From Candidatus Altimarinota bacterium (lineage in GTDB: Bacteria > Patescibacteriota > Gracilibacteria > JBDHUY01): 64,000 nt of DNA. The notes beneath the pieces are model-generated. The model was given only the letters and a program-made list of their open reading frames with translations, made no database searches and was not told the origin of the DNA. Below are positions 26,961 through 37,290 of the stretch, piece by piece. Both the position numbers and the translations under genes were made by a program. The DNA is taken from positions 32,001 through 96,000 of the forward strand of contig JBDHUY010000001.1 of the NCBI GenBank assembly GCA_039809385.1, in the 5' to 3' direction. Numbering within the stretch: the first letter of the stretch is position 1; the number at the start of each line of letters is the position of its first letter.

Positions 26961-28514
26961 CTACGGCAAGTAGGTCGCATAATCCGGGCCGATCACGATT
27001 TCGATCTCCGGTTCGGTCGGCTGAAGTACCGGCTGGTTTTTATTGCCGTTAAGAACCGGATCAAGAACAGCATCGCGGCGCAAAACGACTTCTCCCCGCA
27101 AAAAAGTTTGTAAAACTTCCTGGGTTACTTTATGCTCGTTTTCGCCTCTGACATAGATTTTGGTCGCGGTATTTTTTTCGTTAGTTTTCAGATTGGAGAC
27201 ATCGCCAACTGTAAAACCGTAGCGGGAAAGTTTGTTCTTAAGCTGATTGCCCAATCCGGTAACTTTGGTTCCGTTGGTAATTTTCAAAGGAATTTTTTCG
27301 ATCAGCATTTCCTGATAGGTGGACAAAATATCCGCCAGGCGGCGAATTTCGGTATAATATTCCGGAGAGGAAGCCGTGCCGCCATTTGGAATAAGCACGG
27401 ATGCGCCTCCGGTCAGGCTGCGATCGGGGGTATACAAGAATCCTCCCACACTAGTACTGTCGTCGGAGAGACCGACGCTCAAAATATTCTGGGAAGGAAT
27501 GTCTTTGGCGATACTGGCGGTACGAATCGCTTCTCCGACATTGATATCGGTTTCGAGATTGTCGATCACAGCGTAATAAAGCTGCTTCAATAACGTAGGA
27601 TTGGTGAGATAATTTTCTTTGAGCGCTTTGGCTTTGAGCGCCGAGATAACGAGTTGCTGGCGGCGGGCACGGTCAAAATCCGAGGTCGAATGGCGGCTGC
27701 GTACGTATTTGAGAGCGGTATCTCCGTCCATATGCTGCGGGCCTTTTTCGACTTTGAATATTTCGTTACGAATAAATACCCCGTTACTGTCTTCCAGCGG
27801 GTACGAAGTATCTACCAGCCGTTCGGGGACGTCGATATCGATCCCTCCCATAATATCGACCACTTCGCGAAACCCCTGGAAATTTACTTTGGCATAGTAT
27901 TGGATATCCAGCCCGGTAATCTTTTTAGCCAATTCCTGCATAGAAGTAATGGCTTCTTCGTGACCACTGTGTCTTTTTACATAATCATACAGCGAGTTGA
28001 TCCGGTCGGTATAGCGGGGGGTGATTTTCACATACAGATCGCGCGGGATCGAAAACAGCGACACCGTTTTTTTAGTATGATCCAGGGACGCGATCATAAT
28101 CGAATCGGTCAGGTCGGGCCCGTCGTGTAACCCTCCTCCTACGCCCAGAAACAAAACATTGGTACGCCCGAAACTGTCGGTTTTAAGATCTTCGCCGAAA
28201 AACGTATTGACGATGTTGGGAATACTGAAATCGAACTTTAGATCGCTGGCCAGCTGATAGCCCAGAAAAGCGCCCCAGGCAATCACGGCAGTCCCGGCCA
28301 GAGCGATCGTATAGCGAAAAATCGTTTTAATCAGCGTATACGGATGCTTAGCGGCTCCGACGCCGGTTTTGGACATAATCTCTTTGGTCTTTTCAAAAAA
28401 ATCGCGGGTCTTTCCCACGGCGGCTTTGGTTTTGTGCAAAGCAGCTTTGGTGGTAGCCTTTAGCTCTTGCACGACCTTGTTCTGTTCTTTTATCTTGCGA
28501 GCTTTGAATTCCAT
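26961..28514 (-). CDS. LCP (LytR-CpsA-Psr) family protein with LytR C-terminal domain
   Basis: TM helix, NVLFLG, TDSIMIAS, SIPRDLYV, ALKYVRSRH.TSDFDRARRQQ, NGT...GLG, IVIGPDY. Confidence 0.93.
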   Translation of the reverse strand: MEFKARKIKEQNKVVQELKATTKAALHKTKAAVGKTRDFFEKTKEIMSKTGVGAAKHPYTLIKTIFRYTIALAGTAVIAWGAFLGYQLASDLKFDFSIPNIVNTFFGEDLKTDSFGRTNVLFLGVGGGLHDGPDLTDSIMIASLDHTKKTVSLFSIPRDLYVKITPRYTDRINSLYDYVKRHSGHEEAITSMQELAKKITGLDIQYYAKVNFQGFREVVDIMGGIDIDVPERLVDTSYPLEDSNGVFIRNEIFKVEKGPQHMDGDTALKYVRSRHSTSDFDRARRQQLVISALKAKALKENYLTNPTLLKQLYYAVIDNLETDINVGEAIRTASIAKDIPSQNILSVGLSDDSTSVGGFLYTPDRSLTGGASVLIPNGGTASSPEYYTEIRRLADILSTYQEMLIEKIPLKITNGTKVTGLGNQLKNKLSRYGFTVGDVSNLKTNEKNTATKIYVRGENEHKVTQEVLQTFLRGEVVLRRDAVLDPVLNGNKNQPVLQPTEPEIEIVIGPDYATYLP

Positions 28515-28724
28515 GAAGAAAAGAATCTAAACCGGGGTAACAGATGAGAGGGAGCATCTGTTCGGCGAAAATATGATACTTTGTTTATTTTTTATCTTTT
28601 GTTTAGACCATTGATGTATCGTACGATGCACAAACGACGTTCTTATTGTACGAATTTTAACGGGGAAAAAAAGATTTTGTGATCGAAAAATGAAAAACTT
28701 ACTTTGGTACGAACTTACTTGCCT

Positions 28725-30278
28725 ATGAAACCATCGCAGACCCCGAGATATTTTACACAATCATCGCTGATACAGTTGGGAGCAATCTCGTATACGCTGG
28801 GAATTGCGGTCGGGTTCTTTGTTTCCTGCTCAACCGCACTGGTTTTGGTAGCAACGTGCTGCATTGTAGTAGTGTCATGTGTGTGGAGAGATATGCGGAT
28901 CATAGCAGGAACGGCAATTTTGCTGGCACTGCCGCTGTGCGGAATGATCCGTACCGGCATGGTGCTGGCGCCCCCGCTACAAAACCAGATTGCTTATTAC
29001 AACGGCACACATGCGACTGTCCGGGGCATTATCGCCGTTCCCCCCGATATCCGGGAGGATAAAACACTGCTCACGATTGAAACCGAACGTATCGTATGGC
29101 AAAACCGGGAAGAGACGGTAAGCGGAAAAGTACTGATTCAAACCGGACGCTATTTCGAGGGCGGCTATGGCGACCGGATCAGTGTGAAAGGCCGACTAGC
29201 CACACCACCCGAATTTCCGGATTTTTCGTATAAGAACTATCTGGCTAAGGAAAATATAGGAACGATGATCGAATCGACAAGCGTAAACATTGAAGCATCC
29301 CGCCAAGGCAGCCTTTTTTTCGAATATCTCTATGCAATACGGAAGAGTTTGGAAAACCGCATCAATCTGATCCTGCCCGAACCGCACAGTTCGCTGATGA
29401 GCGGGATTCTGCTGGGAGTACGGCGCAATATTCCCGAGAGATTCTTATCAGATCTTCAGACAACCGGTTTAACTCACATGATCGCGCTGTCCGGATTTAA
29501 TATTACGATTCTCATAACATTTATCGCCGGCGGTCTGCTCAAACGGGCCCGGCCGTTGCTGCGGTATGGCGGAGCGATGGTCATTATTGTGATATTTACG
29601 CTGATGGTGGGCGCCGGACCTTCGATCTTGCGCGCTGCGATCATGGGATTACTGGGGCTTTTGGCGCTGTGGCACGGGCGGACCGCACAGATATTGACGA
29701 TGCTGTTATTGACCTTGGCGGTGATGGTGACTCTGGAGCCGCGTTCGCTCCTCTACGATGTGGGTTTTCAGCTTTCGTTTCTCGCCACGCTGGGTCTGAT
29801 TTTGCTGACCAAACCGCTGGAACCGTTCTTTTCAAAGTTGCCGGAACGATTGGGGATCCGGGAAACCCTCCTGTCTACGTTTGCCGCGCAGATCATGGTG
29901 TTGCCGATCTTGTTTGGCAACTTTGGGCAGGTGTCGCTTATTTCACCCTTGAGCAATCTGGTCGTTCTATGGATCATTCCGCTGACAATGCTGTTGGGAA
30001 GCGCGGCGCTGTTTATCGCCTTTATTCCGCTGGTCGGGATACTGATCGCCAAAATAATAGGATTTGGCTGCTGGTTGTGTTTAACCTATGTAATTCTAGT
30101 GATTCAAGGATTGGCCAAAGTCCCATTGGCTGCGCTGCCGATCACCTGGTGGCGCGACTGGATGAGCTGGCTCTTTTATCTCGTTCTGGCTGCTGAACTA
30201 TGGCGGCGACAGAGGCAAGACAGAAAGAAAGAGAATACCGAAAAGGTACAAACAAGCGCAGCAGAAACAGGCCCATAA
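28725..30278 (+). CDS. comEC: ComEC/Rec2 competence protein (no MBL domain)
   Basis: GILLG, TGLTHMIALSGFNI, PSILRAAIMG, DVGFQLSFLAT. Confidence 0.95.
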   Translation: MKPSQTPRYFTQSSLIQLGAISYTLGIAVGFFVSCSTALVLVATCCIVVVSCVWRDMRIIAGTAILLALPLCGMIRTGMVLAPPLQNQIAYYNGTHATVRGIIAVPPDIREDKTLLTIETERIVWQNREETVSGKVLIQTGRYFEGGYGDRISVKGRLATPPEFPDFSYKNYLAKENIGTMIESTSVNIEASRQGSLFFEYLYAIRKSLENRINLILPEPHSSLMSGILLGVRRNIPERFLSDLQTTGLTHMIALSGFNITILITFIAGGLLKRARPLLRYGGAMVIIVIFTLMVGAGPSILRAAIMGLLGLLALWHGRTAQILTMLLLTLAVMVTLEPRSLLYDVGFQLSFLATLGLILLTKPLEPFFSKLPERLGIRETLLSTFAAQIMVLPILFGNFGQVSLISPLSNLVVLWIIPLTMLLGSAALFIAFIPLVGILIAKIIGFGCWLCLTYVILVIQGLAKVPLAALPITWWRDWMSWLFYLVLAAELWRRQRQDRKKENTEKVQTSAAETGP

Positions 30279-30338
30279 GTTTTCCAGAGTGAACCAGTTC
30301 TTTTCATTGCAAACAAGAGAAAATGATGATTGCCTCTT

Positions 30339-30629
30339 TTACTTCCTTGTTCTTTTAAGAGCTTCTTCATAAATCTTGCCATCCTTGCGCTTTCCTATTG
30401 CTATGACAACTACCGTGAGTTTTCCTCGATAAACTGTGTATACAACACGATATATGCTAATCTTGAGTTTGAAATAACCAGTAAGATTACCCCGTAACGG
30501 CTTTCCATATTCCAAGGGATTAGCGCTCAATTTTCCCTCAAGGATTTTTTGAAGCCACAATGCTGTATTTTTTCCCAATGAAGAAAGATCTGTATATGCC
30601 TCTTTTGTTAAAATAACGTTATAGATCAT
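30339..30629 (-). CDS. relE: RelE/ParE family toxin
   Basis: NPLEYGKPLRGNL.GYFKLKI..YRVVY...V.VIAIGKR.D..IY. Confidence 0.9.
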   Translation of the reverse strand: MIYNVILTKEAYTDLSSLGKNTALWLQKILEGKLSANPLEYGKPLRGNLTGYFKLKISIYRVVYTVYRGKLTVVVIAIGKRKDGKIYEEALKRTRK

Positions 30630-30913
30630 GGTTCATCGGGTAAAGCCTCGAGCATTTTTTGTACCTCTGCGCTGGAGTATACGACGTTCGACGGATTTTT
30701 GATCCGTTCTTTGACGATTTCGGTCAGCCAGGCATCTTCGGCTTCTTCGTCGTCCTGGTACAACTCCAGGGGAAAAGGAATGCCCTTATGGCTGATAACG
30801 GCTTTGACAAAGATATGCATGCCGGAGGATATGTCCAGACCTAATCGATTCAAAATAGCGGCAAATTTTTCTTTATCTTCTTTCTTGATACGACTTTGAA
30901 TGAGAGAAGTCAT
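30626..30913 (-). CDS. RelB/DinJ antitoxin
   Basis: IQSRI...DKE....IL..LGLD.S...IF.KAV....GIPF.L; ATGA overlap with the toxin gene. Confidence 0.88.
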   Translation of the reverse strand: MTSLIQSRIKKEDKEKFAAILNRLGLDISSGMHIFVKAVISHKGIPFPLELYQDDEEAEDAWLTEIVKERIKNPSNVVYSSAEVQKMLEALPDEP

Positions 30914-30917
30914 ATTA

Positions 30918-30968
30918 TGTATGACAAAAGAAATAGAATCGATGTAATTATAATGAATCTGTCATACA
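30918..30968. promoter_or_regulatory. Probable TA autoregulatory inverted repeat
   Basis: TGTATGACA-N33-TGTCATACA just upstream of the antitoxin ATG. Confidence 0.55.
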
Positions 30969-31102
30969 AAAACAAACGGATATTAAAGAAATCCGTAACT
31001 CCAAAAAAGCGCGTTGACGTTTGACCATCAGCGTTTAACAATACCAGTCCACTGATTATTCCTTCCAACTTTAGGGACTTTATAGACTGTTAACTATCCC
31101 TC

Positions 31103-33016
31103 CTACCCCACCACCTGCAGCTGCCAGAAGCGGGCATACAATCCTTGCCGCTCAAGCAATTGAGCATGCGTACCACTTTCAATAATCTGTCCCTGATCGA
31201 TAATATAAATCTGGTCGGCTTTGGCCGCGGTCGTCATCTTATGCGTAATGATGAAAACCTTTTTGCCTCTCGTATGCGCCTGCTCTTTCAGCAATTCGAT
31301 CACCGCCGCCTCGTGCTCGGCATCCAACTGGTTGGTACCTTCGTCGAAAATCAGCAGATCGCGATCCTGTAATATCGTCCGGGCGATTGCCAGAAGCTGG
31401 TTTTGACCGGCCGAGAGACGTAGATTTTCCCCGACCAACGTATCCAGCCGATCTTGGGCTCTTTCGATAAAATCCCGCATATACAGGCGATCCAGCAACC
31501 CCCAGATCACGGTCTCTTCGACCGGGCGAGTGAATCCTAACAACAGATTCTCCCGCACCGAAAAATTCTCGAGAATCACCGGCTCCTGCGTAATGATTGA
31601 AATCATAGCGCGTAGCTGATCCGGGGCACAATCGGCATATCCGACTTTGCCATACCGAATCGTTCCGGAAACCATGTCGTAATTTTTCATCATCAGATGC
31701 GTGGCCGTAGTTTTACCGGAACCGTTACGTCCGACCAATGCCGTGACCCGCTCCGGAACAATTTCAAACGAAACATCGCGCAGTACTTCCTTGGGAAACT
31801 CTTCAGCATCGTCCAGTAATTTTTTCCAGGCTTTATTTTCTTCCGACATATAGCGATAGAACTTGGTTTTCCGTTCCAAACGCTCGGATTTGCCGATCAG
31901 GTGGCGCAAATATTTCTTCTCGTCCTCGTGGAGCGGCGGATAGAAAAAACGGATATTCTCAAACACCAGCGGTCCGGAAAAAGATCCGGTATAGAGCTTA
32001 GAAGGAAGCTTGTAACGGGGACGCATCGTCAGGAAAAAACCGATCCGCGACCATTCGATCCCGATTTCGTACCAGTCCCGTAATAACCCGATGATTTGAT
32101 CGAAGATTCCTTTTATTTGACGGGCATAGAGCAAGAGCATGGTGTAGTCGCCGATCGAAATCTTCCCGTCCAGCACGCTCATGCCGGCAAAAATAGCAGT
32201 CAACCAGTCGGGCAGATTCTGAATAAACCATTCCAGCATCCTGCCCTTGTTTTCGTACCGTTTTTCTTCCATCTTAAGCCCAAAATACCGTTTCTGGACG
32301 CTCCGGTATTCGCTGACGACGCTATCCTGAGCGCGCATCATCAGGAGTTTATGATAATTGCGTAAGAGCTGGTACCATAAATCGGACATTTTTGTCCGCA
32401 CATTTTCGCTGGTGACACGAAACTGGTTTTGGAGTTTCAAACGGCGCCGGGCGTACCAGGCCTGGATCAGGCTGGCGAGCAAAATGACAGCAAAGACCCG
32501 CAGATCGAGGAATGCCACAATCGGCAAAATGCCAAAGACCTGGATAAACCGTTTTACCGCATTTACGATAAAATACAGACTCCGGTCGAAAATATATTGA
32601 AGACTGAACAGACTGTAATAGATCCGGCGATTGGCGTTATTATCGAGAAATCCGGCGTCAAATGTCTGCAGACGGTCAAACAGGAACTTTTCAGTACCGT
32701 TTTGAACATCGTAGCGAAAATGTTCGCGGATATGATCATTGAGAGTTTCCATAATCCTCGACACCATTTCGGAGACGGCCGCCACAACAATAACCAGCAC
32801 AAACAAGAACAGCGGGCTTCCGGAAATAATCCCGAGAAACGAGGTGTGCTGCTTTTCCAGCTGATCGATCTGCAGTTTGGTGAAATAGGGTACCAATACG
32901 GCCAGAACCGCCTGAAGTACTTCAAACGACAAAATAATCCACAAAGTCGTTTTGTGACGTTTATACATGGTAGCAATGAGAGAGCCCAGATCTTTATGTC
33001 CGGAAAATAGTTTCAT
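31103..33016 (-). CDS. ABC exporter, fused permease/ATPase
   Basis: TM domain, GRNGSGKTT, LSAGQNQ, LLIFDEGT, ITHK; extra helical insertion before Walker A. Confidence 0.92.
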   Translation of the reverse strand: MKLFSGHKDLGSLIATMYKRHKTTLWIILSFEVLQAVLAVLVPYFTKLQIDQLEKQHTSFLGIISGSPLFLFVLVIVVAAVSEMVSRIMETLNDHIREHFRYDVQNGTEKFLFDRLQTFDAGFLDNNANRRIYYSLFSLQYIFDRSLYFIVNAVKRFIQVFGILPIVAFLDLRVFAVILLASLIQAWYARRRLKLQNQFRVTSENVRTKMSDLWYQLLRNYHKLLMMRAQDSVVSEYRSVQKRYFGLKMEEKRYENKGRMLEWFIQNLPDWLTAIFAGMSVLDGKISIGDYTMLLLYARQIKGIFDQIIGLLRDWYEIGIEWSRIGFFLTMRPRYKLPSKLYTGSFSGPLVFENIRFFYPPLHEDEKKYLRHLIGKSERLERKTKFYRYMSEENKAWKKLLDDAEEFPKEVLRDVSFEIVPERVTALVGRNGSGKTTATHLMMKNYDMVSGTIRYGKVGYADCAPDQLRAMISIITQEPVILENFSVRENLLLGFTRPVEETVIWGLLDRLYMRDFIERAQDRLDTLVGENLRLSAGQNQLLAIARTILQDRDLLIFDEGTNQLDAEHEAAVIELLKEQAHTRGKKVFIITHKMTTAAKADQIYIIDQGQIIESGTHAQLLERQGLYARFWQLQVVG

Positions 33017-33178
33017 AAGAACCTAGTGTCAGTGCAATGTAACTCGCCAACATACATTAATACTACATCTGAAACATTAAACTGGGAGCAGGGTTTGCGG
33101 TTTGAATATTGGTATTTCGAATTTATTTAGGATTTTTGTCATCATTACGCTACGTTGTAGAACTAATTTTTCCTAATA

Positions 33179-33892
33179 CTAGTGTGGCTCTTTTACGTTC
33201 AGAATGTCATACGCAACCGGATAGATCAGTTCCTCCCACAACGCATATTCTTTTCCGGAAGGGTGCAGCCCGTCCGCGGCCATCAGATCCGGAGAATCTT
33301 TCATCCCTTGGGTTAGCGCATAGATATCGACCACCGGAATATTTCGTATGTGCGCTTCATCTTTGATAACTTGATTGAAGGAATCAATATCTGCCGGAGT
33401 CGTCGGCCCGGAGTACTGGAATCCGGTCGGAGTAACCGAATAGTCGGGAATAGTAATAACGATAAAATTCTCTTTGCGGGGAAGTTGCGCAAGCACCCGG
33501 TCCATGATCTGAGCCAATCTGGTTCTGAACGTTGTCGCATCGACACCCTGTACATAATCATTGACCCCGATCAGCAACGTGGCAAAAGTAGGGTCAAGAT
33601 CTTCAAACAGGGGTAATTCCCGATCCAGCACGTCCTGCGTGGTCCAACCAGTACGAGACGGGTTGGCCACGAGTTCGATAGCGATATTGTTCTGCTGCAA
33701 ATGTTCGGTTAAGATCACCGGCCAAGATTCTGCAGGAGAGACGCCCTGCCCGATGGTATAGGAGTCGCCCAGCGCGACATACCGGATTGTAGTGAATTGC
33801 GGATTCTGGTACAGCATAGGCTGTTTCTGAGACAGGAAAAATGAAAGCAGGCTACCGATACTAAGCAGGATAATCGCTAATTTGAGAGTCAT
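33179..33892 (-). CDS. SGNH/GDSL hydrolase with signal anchor
   Basis: ALGDSYTIG, GWTT, IGVND, DGLHPS. Confidence 0.93.
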   Translation of the reverse strand: MTLKLAIILLSIGSLLSFFLSQKQPMLYQNPQFTTIRYVALGDSYTIGQGVSPAESWPVILTEHLQQNNIAIELVANPSRTGWTTQDVLDRELPLFEDLDPTFATLLIGVNDYVQGVDATTFRTRLAQIMDRVLAQLPRKENFIVITIPDYSVTPTGFQYSGPTTPADIDSFNQVIKDEAHIRNIPVVDIYALTQGMKDSPDLMAADGLHPSGKEYALWEELIYPVAYDILNVKEPH

Positions 33893-34006
33893 GTGAACCA
33901 GGTAAATAATCTTATCAGATACCAGAATAAGTTCAAAATTACCAAATGCAAGTGTGTAATGGTATATTCTGGCCAGACCTCAAGGCAGAGATATGCAAAC
34001 TGAGGT

Positions 34007-34062
34007 TTGACAAATATGAATTATTTTACATATAATTTGTATGTATTATTATGCATACAAAT
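34007..34062 (+). promoter_or_regulatory. Sigma70 promoter and operator of the mazEF-like module
   Basis: TTGACA (34007)-N18-TATAAT (34031), overlapped by ATTTGTATG-N10-CATACAAAT. Confidence 0.75.
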
Positions 34063-34064
34063 CC

Positions 34065-34304
34065 ATGGCTATTCCAAACGAGATACGTCGAAAAAGGCTC
34101 TCTATAACTATTTCACCACAAGGAGAAGAACTGTTAACAGAACTACAGCAAAAGTCAAAAGTCAGTAAAAGCGTACTGGTTGAAGAAGCAATACGATATT
34201 TTGCCTTGGCGCAACTTGACCGTGATACAAAGATACTAAGTACCTTAAACTTCAGCGATCTGCCAACAGAAACCGAATGGCTCCAAGTTCAATCTCAATG
34301 GTAA
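34065..34304 (+). CDS. RHH antitoxin
   Basis: RKRLSITIS....ELL..L......SKS.LVEEAIR ribbon-helix-helix, upstream of a PemK toxin. Confidence 0.8.
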   Translation: MAIPNEIRRKRLSITISPQGEELLTELQQKSKVSKSVLVEEAIRYFALAQLDRDTKILSTLNFSDLPTETEWLQVQSQW

Positions 34305-34320
34305 ACCCATAGTATAGGAT

Positions 34321-34650
34321 ATGCATCAAGGAGATATATTCTGGGCGGATTTGAATCCGGTAAAAGGGCATGAACAAGCTGGTATTCGTCCAGTCATGGT
34401 GATTCAAAACGACATTCTGAATCAGAACCTGACTACGACGGTGATCGTACCGTTAACCACCAATTTGAAAGCCAAAGGGTTGATGACCACCTACTTCTTA
34501 CCGAAAAGCGTTTCAAGACTCCCGTATGACAGTGTGGCTTTGCTCTATCAGGTACGTACAGTGGATCAAAACCGACTCCAAACAAAAGTCGGCTCTCTCA
34601 AGAAAGAAGAGTTTCATGAGTTAAAAAGGCAGTTCCTATTCGTTTTTTAG
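34321..34650 (+). CDS. mazF: PemK/MazF toxin
   Basis: GDIFWADLNPVKGHEQAGIRPV.VIQND..N, VPLTT, QVRTVD..RL. Confidence 0.93.
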   Translation: MHQGDIFWADLNPVKGHEQAGIRPVMVIQNDILNQNLTTTVIVPLTTNLKAKGLMTTYFLPKSVSRLPYDSVALLYQVRTVDQNRLQTKVGSLKKEEFHELKRQFLFVF

Positions 34651-36420
34651 TTCCTCGACCACCCGAATCCCCAGCTCTTTGAGCTGCGCATCGGTCACTG
34701 TGCCCGGAGCTCCCAGCATGACATCCTGGGCTTTGCCGTTTTTGGGGAAAGCGATGACTTCGCGGATCGATTGTTCGCCCAAAAAGACCATCAGCATGCG
34801 GTCGATGCCGGGAGCAAAGCCGCCGTGGGGCGGACAGCCGTATTCAAAGGCTTTGATCATGTGTCCGAACTTTTCGTTTACTTCCTCTTTGGTATAACCG
34901 ACGATCTCGAAGGCCTTATACATAATCTCGGGATCGTGATTACGGATAGCTCCGGAAGACAACTCGAGACCGTTCGCCACGATATCGTACTGATAGGCCA
35001 AGATTGAGAGCGGATCTTGCGTATTGAGAGCTTCCAGTCCCCCCTGCGGCATCGAAAAAGGGTTGTGGCAGAAATCGACTTTTTTCTGCTCGTCGTTCCA
35101 TTCGTAAAACGGGAAATCCTTGATCCAGCACCATGCTACTTCATCCGGGGTACGTAGGCCGAGGTGATCGCCCAGAAAGAGTCGGAGCTTCCCCAGACTT
35201 TCGGCCACGATCTTCTCACTGTCGGCGCCGAAAAAGACGACGTCGCCGGTTTGTGCATTCATTTTTTTAGTAATCGCCTCAATTTCTTCGGAAGTCATAA
35301 ATTTGGTCAGCGGCGATTTGATCCCTTCGGCATCATACCAGAAGTAGGCTAATCCCTTGGCTCCCCATTCTTTTACCATCGGTACGAGCTTATTCTCGAT
35401 AAATGAGCGGGGTTGGGAGGCAAAGCCGGGTACATTGATCGCCCTAACCACGCCTTTGTTGCTCACCGTGTCGGCAAATACTTTGAAACCGCTGGTTTTG
35501 ACCAGGTCGGAGATATCGACTATAGGCAACCCGAAGCGCAAATCGGGCCGGTCGGTACCGTACTGTTCCATCGCTTCTTTGTAGGTCAGGCGGGGAAACG
35601 GGGCCGGAAATTTTACTTTTTTATGAGCTACTTGTTCGGTGAGATAGACGAAGAGGGGTTCCATGGTGTTCCAGACATCTTCCTGGGTGACAAAGCTCAT
35701 TTCAAGGTCAAGCTGGTAGAATTCGCCGGGAGAGCGGTCTGCCCGCGGATCTTCGTCGCGAAAACAGGGCGCAATTTGGAAATATTTATCGAATCCTGCC
35801 ACCATGAGTAGCTGTTTGAACTGCTGCGGGGCTTGCGGAAGAGCATAAAATTTACCCTTGTGAATACGGCTCGGCACCAAATAGTCGCGGGCTCCTTCGG
35901 GAGAACTGTTGGCCAGAATGGGAGTAGTGATTTCGACAAAACCGTTCTGGTCCATCCACTTGCGGATAGCCAGGATCATGGTGTGGCGGAAAATGATATG
36001 ATCCTGGATTTTCTTACGCCGAAGGTCGAGAAAGCGGTATTCCAGGCGCAGGTCTTCGTGAACCTTTTCGCCCTGATCTAGCTCGAACGGAAGGGCTTTG
36101 GCTTTTGACAAAAGGGTACAGCTGTCAACCACTACTTCAATCTCACCTGTTTCCAGATTAGGGTTGGTCAAACCTTCACCCCGTTTTCGAACGATACCTT
36201 TTACCGCGACGACAAATTCGCTGCGTAGTTGTTGAGCAAGAGCATGAGCTTCTGCACTATGTTCGGGATCGAACACTACTTGGGTGAGACCGTAACGATC
36301 ACGTAAATCGACAAAGATAACCCCGCCGTGATCGCGGGCGCTGTTGACCCAACCGGCCAGCTGGACGGTTTGACCAACATGTTCTGAACGGAGTTCTCCG
36401 GAGGTGTGCGTGCGGTGCAT
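34636..36420 (-). CDS. aspS: Aspartate--tRNA ligase (probably non-discriminating)
   Basis: RDHGGVIFVDLRDRYG (His31-type), PEGARDYLVPSR, LPQAPQQFKQLLM, FRDEDPRADR, PPHGG.A.GIDR; gatB is in the window. Confidence 0.98.
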   Translation of the reverse strand: MHRTHTSGELRSEHVGQTVQLAGWVNSARDHGGVIFVDLRDRYGLTQVVFDPEHSAEAHALAQQLRSEFVVAVKGIVRKRGEGLTNPNLETGEIEVVVDSCTLLSKAKALPFELDQGEKVHEDLRLEYRFLDLRRKKIQDHIIFRHTMILAIRKWMDQNGFVEITTPILANSSPEGARDYLVPSRIHKGKFYALPQAPQQFKQLLMVAGFDKYFQIAPCFRDEDPRADRSPGEFYQLDLEMSFVTQEDVWNTMEPLFVYLTEQVAHKKVKFPAPFPRLTYKEAMEQYGTDRPDLRFGLPIVDISDLVKTSGFKVFADTVSNKGVVRAINVPGFASQPRSFIENKLVPMVKEWGAKGLAYFWYDAEGIKSPLTKFMTSEEIEAITKKMNAQTGDVVFFGADSEKIVAESLGKLRLFLGDHLGLRTPDEVAWCWIKDFPFYEWNDEQKKVDFCHNPFSMPQGGLEALNTQDPLSILAYQYDIVANGLELSSGAIRNHDPEIMYKAFEIVGYTKEEVNEKFGHMIKAFEYGCPPHGGFAPGIDRMLMVFLGEQSIREVIAFPKNGKAQDVMLGAPGTVTDAQLKELGIRVVEELKNE

Positions 36421-36645
36421 AAATGTAATTATGAATTATTTAATGATGGCTAGAGAAATTACTTGATGCTTTACAACTTTATGAACTTTATAGACTTTAT
36501 AACTTTTCAATTAACGCCCCATATTTTACGTATTCCCTTCTTTTTGTGCAAATCTGAATGATTCTGATACTATATTTTATTTTTTTTATTGACTTCTTGA
36601 AAAATGCGAATAAAGTTAGCAAAATCTTAGATTAAGGTGAATGTA

Positions 36646-37197
36646 ATGAACATGAAACACACTACTCAAATCCACTCGCACCATATCCTCAACGAGCGGT
36701 CTGAAAATATTGATAATCCATTGGTTCCCGAGGCAGTAAAGATCTTAAATTTGCTTGAGAAAAACAAAGAGCATTTCTCGATGGAATTCATTCTTCGAGT
36801 TCTGGAATTCAAATCGACATGCGAACAAGGTATGGTAAAAAATGAAATCCAACAACAGATTGCTCGTATTCGCGACGAGATTCGAGCAGGAAGGCTGGAT
36901 CTGTCTTCTCAGTTCGGAGTTACACATACAGTATTAACACCTAAAGAACTGCCGGAGACCGAATCACCACTCTCCATGTTACGAAAAGCAGTAACAGAGG
37001 CCATGAAACTCGCTGAAGGAGGAACTATTTATCAAGGAAAAATCCATGAACCATTAGAACTCGGAAAAGAAGGAGAAATACAAAAGATAAAAGACTCTGC
37101 CAAACTGATTGTCTTCAAGTTTTGGGCTAAACGCTATATCAAAAACCTGGAGCATGCCGGAGAAGAAAAGATCCAGGAAGGGAAGCTGACAGTATAA
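36646..37197 (+). CDS. Hypothetical protein
   Basis: Helical, charged ORF with no recognised motif. Confidence 0.6.
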   Translation: MNMKHTTQIHSHHILNERSENIDNPLVPEAVKILNLLEKNKEHFSMEFILRVLEFKSTCEQGMVKNEIQQQIARIRDEIRAGRLDLSSQFGVTHTVLTPKELPETESPLSMLRKAVTEAMKLAEGGTIYQGKIHEPLELGKEGEIQKIKDSAKLIVFKFWAKRYIKNLEHAGEEKIQEGKLTV

Positions 37198-37290
37198 AAA
37201 TTTGTAAATTCTGAGAAAATACCCCGTTCCGCAGTTGACCGGACAAGCAATAGCCCTTAGGATGGGGATGTTTTTTTAGCAGAGATCCCT

